A DNA stretch of 64,000 bases, from contig OZ250153.1 in NCBI GenBank assembly GCA_965237805.1, positions 800,001 through 864,000 of the forward strand, written 5' to 3'. Below the pieces are notes generated by a model. The model ran no database searches, was not told the DNA's origin, and was given only the letters and a program-made list of their open reading frames with translations. The number at the start of each line of letters is the position of its first letter. The stretch's first letter is position 1. This document shows positions 50,335 through 63,123 of this stretch, one piece after another. The DNA is from Gammaproteobacteria bacterium (GTDB lineage Bacteria; Pseudomonadota; Gammaproteobacteria; JABABF01). A program made the translations under genes and the position numbers.

Positions 50335-53300
50335 CGTCCGCTCCACGCCATAGCAGTTGTCCGATGTGTCCGTTTCCTCAGCAGCTTCATCCGCACAGGC
50401 CACCACTACATACTGCTGGGCAAGGCTCAGGTTGGCGGGCAGGATGCAGTCGAAAGCTAGTTGTAGCGAACTCCCTGGGGTGGTCGCTGCTGGTACTGCG
50501 CAAAACGGAACTCTCGGCCGCCCGCGCGCTACTGAGGTAGCCCGGAATATTTTGCTCGTCCTCGCTCCGGCGTCTGTGCCGGATGCAGGCGCAAGCTCAG
50601 CGTCGATGCTGCCACCGGCCAGTTGCTCTCATTGGCAACCGTCGCCGTGACCGCGAGCGTCTGTCCGGCCTCCAGCAAGGCACCGCTATTAGCTAGCGCC
50701 AATGCCTGCACCACCAAGTCCGGCGGCACATCGCTATTGCGCTCGAAGCCATAGCAGTTGTTGGCATCGTTCGTCTCATCGGTGACGAGATCCGCACAGG
50801 CCACCAACAAATACTTCTTGGCGGGCGTCAGGCTACTGGGCAAGGTGCAGCTAAGCGACACGCTCACTGGCCCTGCCGAAGCCGCCTGCTCTGCCACTGA
50901 GCCGGTGCAAAAGGCGCTCTGGGATGCGTCAGCACTGCTCAAATAGTGGGGGAGCACCTGATCGTGAAAAGTCTCATTGTCCGCAAGCACCTGAGGCGCA
51001 TCATGCAAACGCAACTGCAATGTCGTCGCTGGCACCGTGAATCTCCCCACATTGGCGACCTCCACCGTGACTGGCAAAGACGCCCCGGGAACCAGCAAGG
51101 CACCGCTGTTGTTCAGCGCAAAGGACTGCACCGCCATGTCTGGCCTATCGCTATTGCGCTCAACACCGTAGCAGTTATTGTCCTTGCTCTCGCTGGCAGC
51201 AGCATCCAAGCAGGCCACCAACACATACTCTTGGGCTGGCGCGATAGCGGTGGGCAGGGTACAGCTCAGCGATACACTCACCGGACTCGCCGAGACGCTT
51301 TGCGCCGCCACTGGCTGTTCGCAGAACACGCTCTCGCTCGCCGCCCGCGCACTGTCCAAGTAGCCGGGAATGTAGCCGGGAATGTTTTGATTGTGCTCAC
51401 TCAGCGATTGCGCTGTATGCAAGCGTAGCCGCAGCGTTGTCGCCGGTGCCGTGAAGGGACTCACATTGTCGACCCCCACCGTGATCGTCACGGCGGCTCC
51501 GGGGGTCAGCAAGGCACCGTTATTGTTCAGCGCCATGGACTGCACCGCCCAGTCCGTCGCAGCGCTGCGACGGACTCTGCCGTAGCAGTTGTTCAACTCA
51601 TTCGATTCAGCGTCGTCGGCATCCAAGCACGCCACCAACAAATAGTCCGTATTCGCTACCAAGTTCGCGGGCAAGCTACACGTCAACAGGGAGTCTAACT
51701 GCCCCCCGGCACTTAGGGACGGCACAGATTGTGTGCAAAACGCGCTCTTGGCTGCCCGCGTGCTACCTGGATAGCCCGAGATGCTGTGATCGTCGAAGCT
51801 CGCATCACCGGCCTCCGCCCGATGCAAACGCAACTGCAATGTCGTCGTTGGCACCGTGAAGCTCCCCACATTGGCGACCCCTACCGTGACTGGCAAAGAC
51901 GCCCCGGGAACCAACAATGCACCGCTGTTGTTCAGCGCAAAGGACTGCACCGCCATGTCTGTCGCGCTACTCTTGCGCTCCACACCATAGCAGTTATTCG
52001 TATTCGACGATGTGTCCGGCTCATTGGCAACCGCATCCAAACAGGCCACCAGCACATACTCTTGGTCTGGCAAGATATCGGTGGGCAGAGTGCAGCTCAG
52101 CGATACGCCCACCGGACTCGCCGAGGCGCTGCGCGCCGCCACCGACTGTTCACAAAACGGACTTTCGGCAGCCCGCACACTGCCCAAGTAGCCGGGGATG
52201 TTTTGATTGTGCTCGCTACTACTGGGGTCCGGGGCATCTGTCAATGCCGACGTTTGCACCGGATGCAGACGCAAGCGCAATTCTGTCGCCGCCGCCGTAT
52301 CATTCCCGAGATTGGCAGTCCCTACCGTGATCGAAACTGATGCTCCGGACTCCAGTAAGGCTCCGCTGTTGTTCAGCACGATGGATTGCACAGCCCAGTC
52401 CCCAACCCCAAGGGCCACGACAGTCGTGCCAACACCCTCATCATGGCGCGTGTCTGTATACAACACCAAGAAGTGATGGCTACTACCGAGCTGCAGCTGC
52501 GGATTGGAGCGATCAACCACCAGTACTGGCGATGGATCGCTCGCCGAAGCGGCGGCAATGGACAGACCGGGAGGAGTCCCAAAAGTCATGAAAGAAAACA
52601 GGCCGAACTCGGTCCAGTCCAAGGCGACACCATCGGCATCCGTCGCACCCACATTGTAGAATTTCAGCTCGCCACTACCCGGCTCCACAAAGAAAGTTAG
52701 ATCGCCAGTGTAGCTCGGCCCGACACGGTCACTGACCTGCAACATCAACTGCAGCTGAATCGATGTCGATCCATGTGCAATACGCAACATCAATCTGTGC
52801 TCGGAGGCCTGTTCGAAGTCCAGCGTCCCCGTGGTCACCAGCATGGGTGACACTCCATCTGATGCCGCCACGATGGCCACCTCTGTCAACGCGACCGAAT
52901 CCACCAGCGACACCGAGAAGTGCGTCCAATCCAAACTCTGTTGATCGCGCGTCGCACTCAACCCGGCGAACTCATTGCGTTGCCCGGCATGCTCCTCAAC
53001 ATCAAAGACCGTTAACCCCGTGTAGACAATTGTTCCAGCACTCACCCGCTCGAAGCCATAGCAGTTATTGTCCCGGTTCAGCTCGTCGGTGACGGCATCC
53101 AAGCACGCCACGATCACATAGAGCTGTTGGTGCACAATGCTGCCGGGAAGCGTGCAGGAAAACTGCAAACTCTGCAGACTGCCAGAGGCGGCTTGCGCCG
53201 CCACCGACTGTTCGCAAAACGGGCTCTCGGCCACCCGTGTGTTGCTGCTGTCCAAAGTAGCCCGCAATGTTTTGCCCGTGCTCACTCGGCGATTGTGCCG

Positions 53301-54690
53301 GGTGCAAACGCAACCGTAGCGTTGTCGCTGGCGCAGCCAAAAGCCCCATATTTTGAACCCCCACAACCACCGGGAGCACCACCCCAGCAGCGAGCGATGC
53401 ACCGCCATTCGACAACTCGACAGAGTGTACCGCCCAGTCCGGTTCACCGTGGATCTCGCGCACCGTTCCATAGCAGTTATTCGAGGTGTCCACCTCGCCA
53501 GCAACTCTGTCGACACAGGCCACCAACAAATACTCGCTACCCGCAACTAAATCCCCGGGCAGATCACAGCTCAGCCATAGACGCGCCGACTCGGCGGCAA
53601 CAAGCTGTTGGCACATAGCATCGGCGGGTTGCGCCGTGTCCAAGTAACCGGGAATATACTGGTTGTGGTAATCCGGGTCGCCCGACGCGTGCGCCTGTAA
53701 CCACACCCGCAAGTGCGCGGTCGATGGCATCGTCACGCCTTGATTGAACGCCAAGTCCGCATAGAGCAGAACCGTATCCCCGGGCTCGATCTGCTGATCA
53801 ATCAGCACCAGCGACTGCACATCCCCATCCACTGGCGGGGCACTCCGGCGAATCAAGCCGTAACAGTTGTCACTCAGATCACTCTCGTCGACAACCGCAT
53901 CCAAGCACGCCACCAGCAAATAGTCGGCACTGGGCTCCAAAGCTGGCAGACTGCAGGCGACAAACTCCGAGGAGTTCTCCGTCAGGGGGCCACGGGAACA
54001 AAAATGGGGGTCTGCCCCCGTCAGCAAGCCTCTGTCCAAGTATCCCGGAAGCTGCTCGTTGTAAAGTGCATCGCCAAGCTCCAAGCGCTGCAACGCCAGC
54101 CGCCAATCCGTTGGCAACTGCACATGGTGCGCTGGCAAAACCCCGCCCGACAACACATCGATGCTTGCCCCAGAACGCAACACCGTCGTGCTAAACGAAT
54201 TCTCTAATTCAGCTGCCAGCACCACCGGCTGGATCGTCCAGTTCACCGGCCTTGCTATTGTCCGGTATTGGGTCGCATTGCAGTTGTTGTCCCCGTCTTT
54301 CGCTCGCTCGGGCCACACCCTGTCGATGCAGGCAATCACCCAATAGTCTGCATCGTACGCCAAGTGATCTGGCAACTGACAAGTCATTCGAACCATCGCG
54401 TCATAGTTTTTGCCAGAAAGGGGGCCCAAGGTAGCCTGCGACACTGTTTTGAAACAGGAGTTGAGCTGAACCCGCTGGGCACGGAACACCCCGCCGTTGT
54501 CGCCGTAACCGTCGATCTGGAATGGGCGACCTAGGTTGTAGTTCCGGTCAGCTGGAGACACCGGCTGCAAGGCAATCCGCAGCGTCGACCAAGTTGCGCC
54601 GCCATAATAGCTGGATTTCGCATAATTGGCTATGAATACGGCAAAAGTACGCGTCTCGCCGGGGGCGATCATATTCTCCGCCCGTAGCGC
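50335..54690 (-). repeat. Intragenic ~400-bp repeats (nine CARDB-like units)
   Basis: Approximate units: 54690-54270, 54245-53850, 53835-53455, 53445-53045, 52400-51970, 51960-51565, 51555-51150, 51140-50735, 50725-50335; each ends AC.D...NC. Confidence 0.8.
51003..51961. repeat. Near-identical 140-bp direct repeat (51003-51142 and 51822-51961)
   Basis: 6 mismatches in 140 nt by manual alignment; offset 819 bp. Confidence 0.85.
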
Positions 54691-55370
54691 CGCCTGATAA
54701 CTGAAACGAGCCCGACGATAATAATCCCACACGGTGTAAGTTGTCACCCCCGAGGGGAGCACCCGCGGCTGCGCACCCACCAACCAGTCCGGGGTGATCC
54801 AAGACGGCTCTTCTCCTCTGTGCCAGCTGCCGAACGCATTGGCATCCGCGGCACCGGTCGGGCCAAAGTTGAGTACAGCGACGCAGAACGCCACCGCCAG
54901 CAAGGGCAGCGGCATGATCCAAGACCGCACCCGCAACAGCGGGGGCACGGGTCGCATGTGCAGGGGGGGCAGCATGGCAACAAGCATAACACCCTATATA
55001 CGCAATTTACTTGTGCATCCCTCGCCAGCCGCCCAATACCCTACGGTTGGAAGATTGCTCACCAAGACACGGGCAAATTGTAACAGAATGTCAAGTGGCT
55101 TGCCACTCCTTCCCACAGTCAGCCAAGACTTATCAAATTATCGGGTTATTCTGGAACAGAAAGTGTTACGATATTGGCTCATAAACGCAGCGTGGTGAAT
55201 GGCTGCACAATGGGCAACACGCAGCGTACACAGCCGAGCCCTGCGCATCGCCTGACGGGCAGGCAACCAAGCTCCCAGGTACAGCTCCATCCCAGCTCGG
55301 TTAAAATAATTGACCAACCGCCCATCGTGCGCCGCGCCATTTCAAGCAGGCGGTGCATGCTCTAAAGACC

Positions 55371-58300
55371 GTGTCGCAACCAGTCCCCGCACCGACCAGA
55401 CCCATCTCCTCGGACAGCTGCGGTATCGGCCTGATCGCGCAGCTCAAGGGACAGCCCTCACACGCCATCCTCAGCCAATCGCTCGAAGCGCTACGGCGCA
55501 TGGCACACCGCGGCGGCATCAACGCCGATGGTCGCACTGGCGACGGTTGCGGGGTGCTGATGCAAAAACCAGACACATTCCTGCGCACCGTAGCCGATGA
55601 GGCCGGCTGGACGCTGGCGAGCGCCTACGCAGTCGGCACCATCTTCCTGAGCCGCGATGCCGCATACAGTAAGCGCGGGCGCGAGACACTGGAGCGCTGC
55701 TTGGCCGCTGAGGGATTGCAGGTGCTGGGCTGGCGACCGGTGCCGATACGTGAGCAACACTGCGGCGAGCTAGCTCAGCTGTGTCGGCCCACAATTGAGC
55801 AGCTATTTGTCAACCTCCCCGAGAACTGGGACGAGGCGCATGCAGCCGCCCGGCTCTTCGTCGCCCGCAAGCGGGCGGAACTGTTGCTCACCGACGACCC
55901 GGACTTCCAAGTGTGCAGCCTCGCTACCGGCGTCATCAGCTACAAGGCGCTCAGCAACGCCGAGGATTTCGCCGCATTCTTCCCTGATCTGAGCGACCCG
56001 CGACTGCAGACGGCGATCGCCACCTTTCACCTGCGCTATTCCACCAACACTTTGCCGCACTGGGCCCTGGCGCAGCCTTTCCGCCTGCTGGCGCACAACG
56101 GCGAGATCAATACCATCGTCGGCAACCGCAACTGGGCCCAAATCTGTGGTGCCAAATTGCGCGGCGAGCTGTTGCCGGAGCTGGATGAGCTGGGGTCGCT
56201 GGTCAACCAAGACGGCTCCGATTCCTCGGCGCTGGACAATATGCTGGAGCTGCTGTGTACCGGCGGTGTCGATCTGTTCCGGGCGCTACGGTTGCTGCTA
56301 CCCCCCGCTTGGCAGCAGCAGATGCACCCCGATATGAGCCCCGCACAACGCGCCTTCTACGAGTACCACGCAACGCATATGGAGCCGTGGGACGGGCCGA
56401 CCAGCATCGTGCTCACCGAGGGTCGGTACGCGGTCTGCCTGCTCGACCGCAACGGCCTGCGCCCGGTACGCTATGAAATCACACGTGACGATGTGATCAC
56501 CATTGCCTCCGAGACCGGCGTGCGCACACGCGACGATGCCGATGTGGTGACCGCTGGCAGGCTCGGCCCCGGCGGCATCCTCGCCGTCGACACCGCCAGC
56601 GGCCAACTGTTGCACTCCTACGACATAGAAGAACGACTGGCACGGCAGCATCCCTACCAACAATGGCTCGCGGAGCGTGTCCACACGCTGCAGCCGCTGA
56701 CTGATGCCGCACCCAAGCATTGCGAGGCACCGCTGGCAGTGCAGATGAAGCAGTTCGAGTTCAGTGCCGAGGAAGCCGATCAGGTGTTGGCTCCGCTGGC
56801 CAACGCCGGGCAGGAGGCAACCAGCTCGATGGGCGACGACCTGCCGAGCGCCGTTCTGTCGATCCGTGTGCGCCCGCTCTACGATTACTTCCGCCAACAA
56901 TTTGCGCAGGTGACCAATCCGGCGATCGACCCACTGCGCGAGACTTTGGTGATGTCCTTGCGCACTTGGCTCGCCTCGAAGGGCAATCTGTTGCACCCCG
57001 GACCGGAGCAAGCCGAACGCATCGCCCTGCCATCGCCGATACTGCTACCCGAAGAATTCGCCGCGCTGGGCGCCTTGGAAACGCGCTGGGCACCGCGGGA
57101 ATTGCTTGCCGGTAGCCATGCGGTCGGGCAGCCCGGCAGCTTGGCGGCAGCGCTGGACGCACTGGCCGACGAGGCCGAGCAAGTAGCGCGGGACGGGACT
57201 GCCACGCTGCTACTGGCCGACTGGGGCCTCGCCCCCGACCGGGTGCCAATCCACAGCCTGCTGGCTGTTGGTGCCGTGCACACCCGTCTGATAGAGTGCA
57301 AATTGCGTGGCGATGTCAATCTGATCGTGGCCAGCGGCAGCGCCCGCGATGCCCACCAAATCGCCACCCTATTCGGCTACGGCGCGACCGCGGTCTACCC
57401 GCATTTAGCCTATCCGCTGATCGAAGGCTTGGCGGCGGGCGGACAGACCGTGTGTGCCGCCGCCGAGGCGTGCGCCAACTACCGCCACGGCATCGAGAAA
57501 GGCCTGCTCAAGATCCTCTCCAAGATGGGCATCTCGGACATCTCCTCCTATCGCGGTGCGGCACTGTTCGAGGCGGTGGGGCTGTCTGCCGAGCTGGTAG
57601 CGCGTTGCTTCAAGGGCACCCCCAACACCATCGGCGGTGCCGATCTCAGCGATCTGGAGCGGGATGCCGAACAACTCGGGGAACTCGCTTGGCAACCATT
57701 GCGACCGCTGGAACGAGGCGGTTTGGGCAAGTTCGTATTCGACACCGAGTACCACGATTTCAATCCGGATGTGGTCAGCTCCTTGCAAAAATTTGCCGAC
57801 AGTGGCAAGCCGGAACGCTATCGCACATTCAAACAGACTGTGGAGGGGCGACCCGTGGCGATGCTACGCGACCTGTTGCGGCTACGTGACGACGCGGGGG
57901 ACAAAGCACTGCCGCTGGAGCAGGTAGAGCCGATGGCAGCGATCCTGCGGCGCTTCGACTCGGCGGGCATGTCGCTGGGAGCACTGTCGCCAGAAGCGCA
58001 TGAAGTGTTGGCGATGGCGATGAATCAGCTCGGCGGACGCTCGAACTGCGGCGAGGGCGGCGAGGATGCTGCCCGCTTCGGCACCGAGCGCAATTCCCGC
58101 ATCAAGCAGGTCGCCTCGGGACGCTTCGGCGTCACACCCCACTATCTGGTCAATGCCGAAGTGCTGCAGATCAAAATCGCCCAAGGGGCCAAGCCGGGCG
58201 AGGGCGGCCAGTTGCCCGGCAACAAGGTGGATGAACGCATCGCCGGTCTGCGGCATGTGCTGCCTGGCACCACGCTGATCTCCCCCTCACCACACCACGA

Positions 58301-59894
58301 TATCTACAGCATCGAGGATCTGGCGCAGCTGGTCTACGACCTCAAGGCCATCAATCCTGATGCCCGCGTCTCGGTCAAGCTGGTCTCCTCACCCGGTGTC
58401 GGCACCATCGCTATCGGCGTCGCCAAGGCCGGTGCCGACATGGTGACGATCTCCGGTGGCGAGGGCGGCACCGGAGCCAGCCCGCTGAGCTCGATCCGCT
58501 ATGCTGGTAGCCCATGGGAGCTGGGTCTGAGCGATGCCCACCAAGCCCTGTGCGAGGCTGGCTTCCGAGACCGCATCTTGGTGCAGACGGACGGCGGTCT
58601 GAAAACCGGCACTGACATCATCAAAGCCGCCCTGCTCGGAGCCGACAGCTTCGGCTTCGGCACCGCGCCGCTGGTCGCCGCTGGCTGCAAATTCCTACGC
58701 CTGTGCCACACCAACCGCTGCCCGACCGGCATCGCCACCCAAGACGAATGGCTGCGGCAGCATCACTTCCACGGCTCAGTGCAAAAGGTCACCCGCTTCT
58801 TTGAAATGGTGGCACAGGATGTACGCGAACAACTGGCGTCGCTCGGCTACGCCCGGCTGGAAGATCTGATCGGACGCACCGAGCTGCTTGAGGCCGCCAA
58901 CGGCGACACGCCACGCCAGCGCCGGTTGCGACTGGCACCGCTATTGCATACTCCCGACATCGCCCACGAGCAGCGGCACTGCAGTCTGGATGTCCACCAC
59001 CCAGCCGTACGCAGCCCACTGTGCGAGCACTTGGCGCGGGCGGCCGAGCCCTTGCTCGACAGCGGTGGCGACTTGGGCAGCCACCTGATCGGCAACGCCG
59101 ACCGAGCCATCGGTGCCCGCGTGTCGGGCATGATCGCCGAGCGCCACGGCGCGGGCGGGATGCCCGGCCCCCCCCTGCGGGCGCACTTTGAAGGTGCCGC
59201 CGGACAGAGCTTTGGCGCTTGGAACGCCGCCGGCTTGGAGCTGAGCCTGAGCGGCGTGGCCAATGACTATGTCGGCAAAGGCATGAACGGTGGACGCATT
59301 AGCCTGCGGGTGCCGCTGAACAGCCAATTCGAAAGCCACCGCCAAGTCATTGCTGGCAACACCTGCCTCTACGGTGCCACTGGCGGCGTATTCTATGCCG
59401 CTGGCCAGCTGGGCGAGCGCTGCGCTGTGCGCAACTCCGGCTGTCACGCCGTCATCGAGGGTGCTGGCCACCACTGCTGCGAGTACATGACTGGAGGCGT
59501 GGTGGCGGTGCTCGGCAGCTGCGGCGTCAATTTCGGTGCTGGCATGACTGGCGGCTTTGCTTTCGTGCTAGACTTGGCGCAGGATTTCGATCGCCGATGC
59601 AATACGGATTTGGTCGGGATCTTGCCCCTGGACACGGTGGGCATGAGAGACTTCTCCACTTTCTTATGGCAGCTGGTGCAGGACTTCGTCGATACGACTG
59701 GCAGTCCGTGGGGACAGCAGCTGCTGGAGCGGCACCAGCACTATCAAGCCCAGTTCCAAGTGGTGTTGCCCCGTGCCTTCATGGAGCAACCAGAGCGCTT
59801 GCTGTTGTCGGAACAGCGGTGCCGAGACGGGAGCGCGGCGGGAATCGAAGACGCACTCGTGCCCACTCGGATACCGCAGCCCGCAGCCAGCTGA
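55371..59894 (+). CDS. gltB: Glutamate synthase large subunit
   Basis: Ntn Cys (DSCGIG), HRGG..ADG.TGDG, HNGEINT, KIAQGAKPGEGGQLPG, C..LRLCH.N.CPTG, GXGXG domain; start 55353 or 55371. Confidence 0.97.
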   Translation: MSQPVPAPTRPISSDSCGIGLIAQLKGQPSHAILSQSLEALRRMAHRGGINADGRTGDGCGVLMQKPDTFLRTVADEAGWTLASAYAVGTIFLSRDAAYSKRGRETLERCLAAEGLQVLGWRPVPIREQHCGELAQLCRPTIEQLFVNLPENWDEAHAAARLFVARKRAELLLTDDPDFQVCSLATGVISYKALSNAEDFAAFFPDLSDPRLQTAIATFHLRYSTNTLPHWALAQPFRLLAHNGEINTIVGNRNWAQICGAKLRGELLPELDELGSLVNQDGSDSSALDNMLELLCTGGVDLFRALRLLLPPAWQQQMHPDMSPAQRAFYEYHATHMEPWDGPTSIVLTEGRYAVCLLDRNGLRPVRYEITRDDVITIASETGVRTRDDADVVTAGRLGPGGILAVDTASGQLLHSYDIEERLARQHPYQQWLAERVHTLQPLTDAAPKHCEAPLAVQMKQFEFSAEEADQVLAPLANAGQEATSSMGDDLPSAVLSIRVRPLYDYFRQQFAQVTNPAIDPLRETLVMSLRTWLASKGNLLHPGPEQAERIALPSPILLPEEFAALGALETRWAPRELLAGSHAVGQPGSLAAALDALADEAEQVARDGTATLLLADWGLAPDRVPIHSLLAVGAVHTRLIECKLRGDVNLIVASGSARDAHQIATLFGYGATAVYPHLAYPLIEGLAAGGQTVCAAAEACANYRHGIEKGLLKILSKMGISDISSYRGAALFEAVGLSAELVARCFKGTPNTIGGADLSDLERDAEQLGELAWQPLRPLERGGLGKFVFDTEYHDFNPDVVSSLQKFADSGKPERYRTFKQTVEGRPVAMLRDLLRLRDDAGDKALPLEQVEPMAAILRRFDSAGMSLGALSPEAHEVLAMAMNQLGGRSNCGEGGEDAARFGTERNSRIKQVASGRFGVTPHYLVNAEVLQIKIAQGAKPGEGGQLPGNKVDERIAGLRHVLPGTTLISPSPHHDIYSIEDLAQLVYDLKAINPDARVSVKLVSSPGVGTIAIGVAKAGADMVTISGGEGGTGASPLSSIRYAGSPWELGLSDAHQALCEAGFRDRILVQTDGGLKTGTDIIKAALLGADSFGFGTAPLVAAGCKFLRLCHTNRCPTGIATQDEWLRQHHFHGSVQKVTRFFEMVAQDVREQLASLGYARLEDLIGRTELLEAANGDTPRQRRLRLAPLLHTPDIAHEQRHCSLDVHHPAVRSPLCEHLARAAEPLLDSGGDLGSHLIGNADRAIGARVSGMIAERHGAGGMPGPPLRAHFEGAAGQSFGAWNAAGLELSLSGVANDYVGKGMNGGRISLRVPLNSQFESHRQVIAGNTCLYGATGGVFYAAGQLGERCAVRNSGCHAVIEGAGHHCCEYMTGGVVAVLGSCGVNFGAGMTGGFAFVLDLAQDFDRRCNTDLVGILPLDTVGMRDFSTFLWQLVQDFVDTTGSPWGQQLLERHQHYQAQFQVVLPRAFMEQPERLLLSEQRCRDGSAAGIEDALVPTRIPQPAAS

Positions 59895-59938
59895 AAGACC
59901 CATCCTTAACAAGACAAGCCAGCACGGGAGATATGAGC

Positions 59939-60049
59939 ATGTTGAGAACCACTTTGCGTGTCGTTGCCGTATTCGCGCTGGTCACCCTGTTGGCGGCCTG
60001 CGATATCCCTTTCATCGACATTGATATTCCCCTGATCCCGGGCATATGA
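59939..60049 (+). CDS. Putative 36-aa lipoprotein (mature CDIPFIDIDIPLIPGI)
   Basis: GGAG 8 nt upstream of ATG 59939; basic n-region, hydrophobic h-region, lipobox LAAC; sits in the gltB-gltD gap. Confidence 0.65.
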   Translation: MLRTTLRVVAVFALVTLLAACDIPFIDIDIPLIPGI

Positions 60050-62649
<2,600 letters not shown>

Positions 62650-62750
62650 CACAGCGCATCGTTTGTGATATGCTTGCAGCTTGATGCCTGTTCGCCAAGG
62701 CATCATCCGTTATACTCCGCAAGTCAAACGCTCAAAACAATATCAAATAG

Positions 62751-63065
62751 ATGCGTGTTCTGGGATATCTGCTGGGACTGACCGGCCTCGGTTTCGGTGC
62801 CGATTTCGCTTGGGATCTCTATTCCACTAGCGTCGAGCTATCGCTATCGCTGAACGAGGTGCTGAGCGACAAAACCGCTCTGGTCGACTACAGCGTCGCC
62901 GCATTGCTGATTATCAACAGTTTCTTTCTGGTCACCTCGCTGTGGCGCTTGGCTGGCCAGCGCGCCGCGCATAAAAACAACAGGCTCAGCAAAACGGGCT
63001 CGACTGGCAACTTGCAGATGGCATTAGGCAATCAAATGGGCGGCGGATCGAGTATGGATCGCTAG
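62751..63065 (+). CDS. Hypothetical small membrane protein (2 predicted TM segments)
   Basis: 104-aa ORF with two hydrophobic stretches; TATACT at 62711 in an AT-rich upstream gap. Confidence 0.55.
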   Translation: MRVLGYLLGLTGLGFGADFAWDLYSTSVELSLSLNEVLSDKTALVDYSVAALLIINSFFLVTSLWRLAGQRAAHKNNRLSKTGSTGNLQMALGNQMGGGSSMDR

Positions 63066-63123
63066 CGGAAGCCAGCACCTCGCAGCGCCCTCCCGTGCAC
63101 CCTTTCCCAGCAGCCTGATAGCT

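Larger units (their letters stand above)
49624..54987 (-). pseudogene. Large secreted repeat protein (9 Cys-rich CARDB-like repeats + 2 cadherin-like pairs) split by three +1 frameshifts
   Basis: ORFs 53065..54987, 50529..53546 and 49624..50406 join into one ~1780-aa frame if single bases near 53255, 50568 and 50510 are removed. Signal-peptide-like N-terminus; repeats D.AVQS..PG..V.V.N.G..LVAC.D..E..NNC; LDFEQ motif. Could be an intact gene with sequencing errors. Confidence 0.7.

Noticed and set aside
50335-54690. Possible CRISPR array or diversity-generating retroelement in the repeat region
   Set aside because: Repeats are ~400-bp coding units without spacers; no cas or reverse transcriptase gene is present, and mismatches between copies are not adenine-specific.
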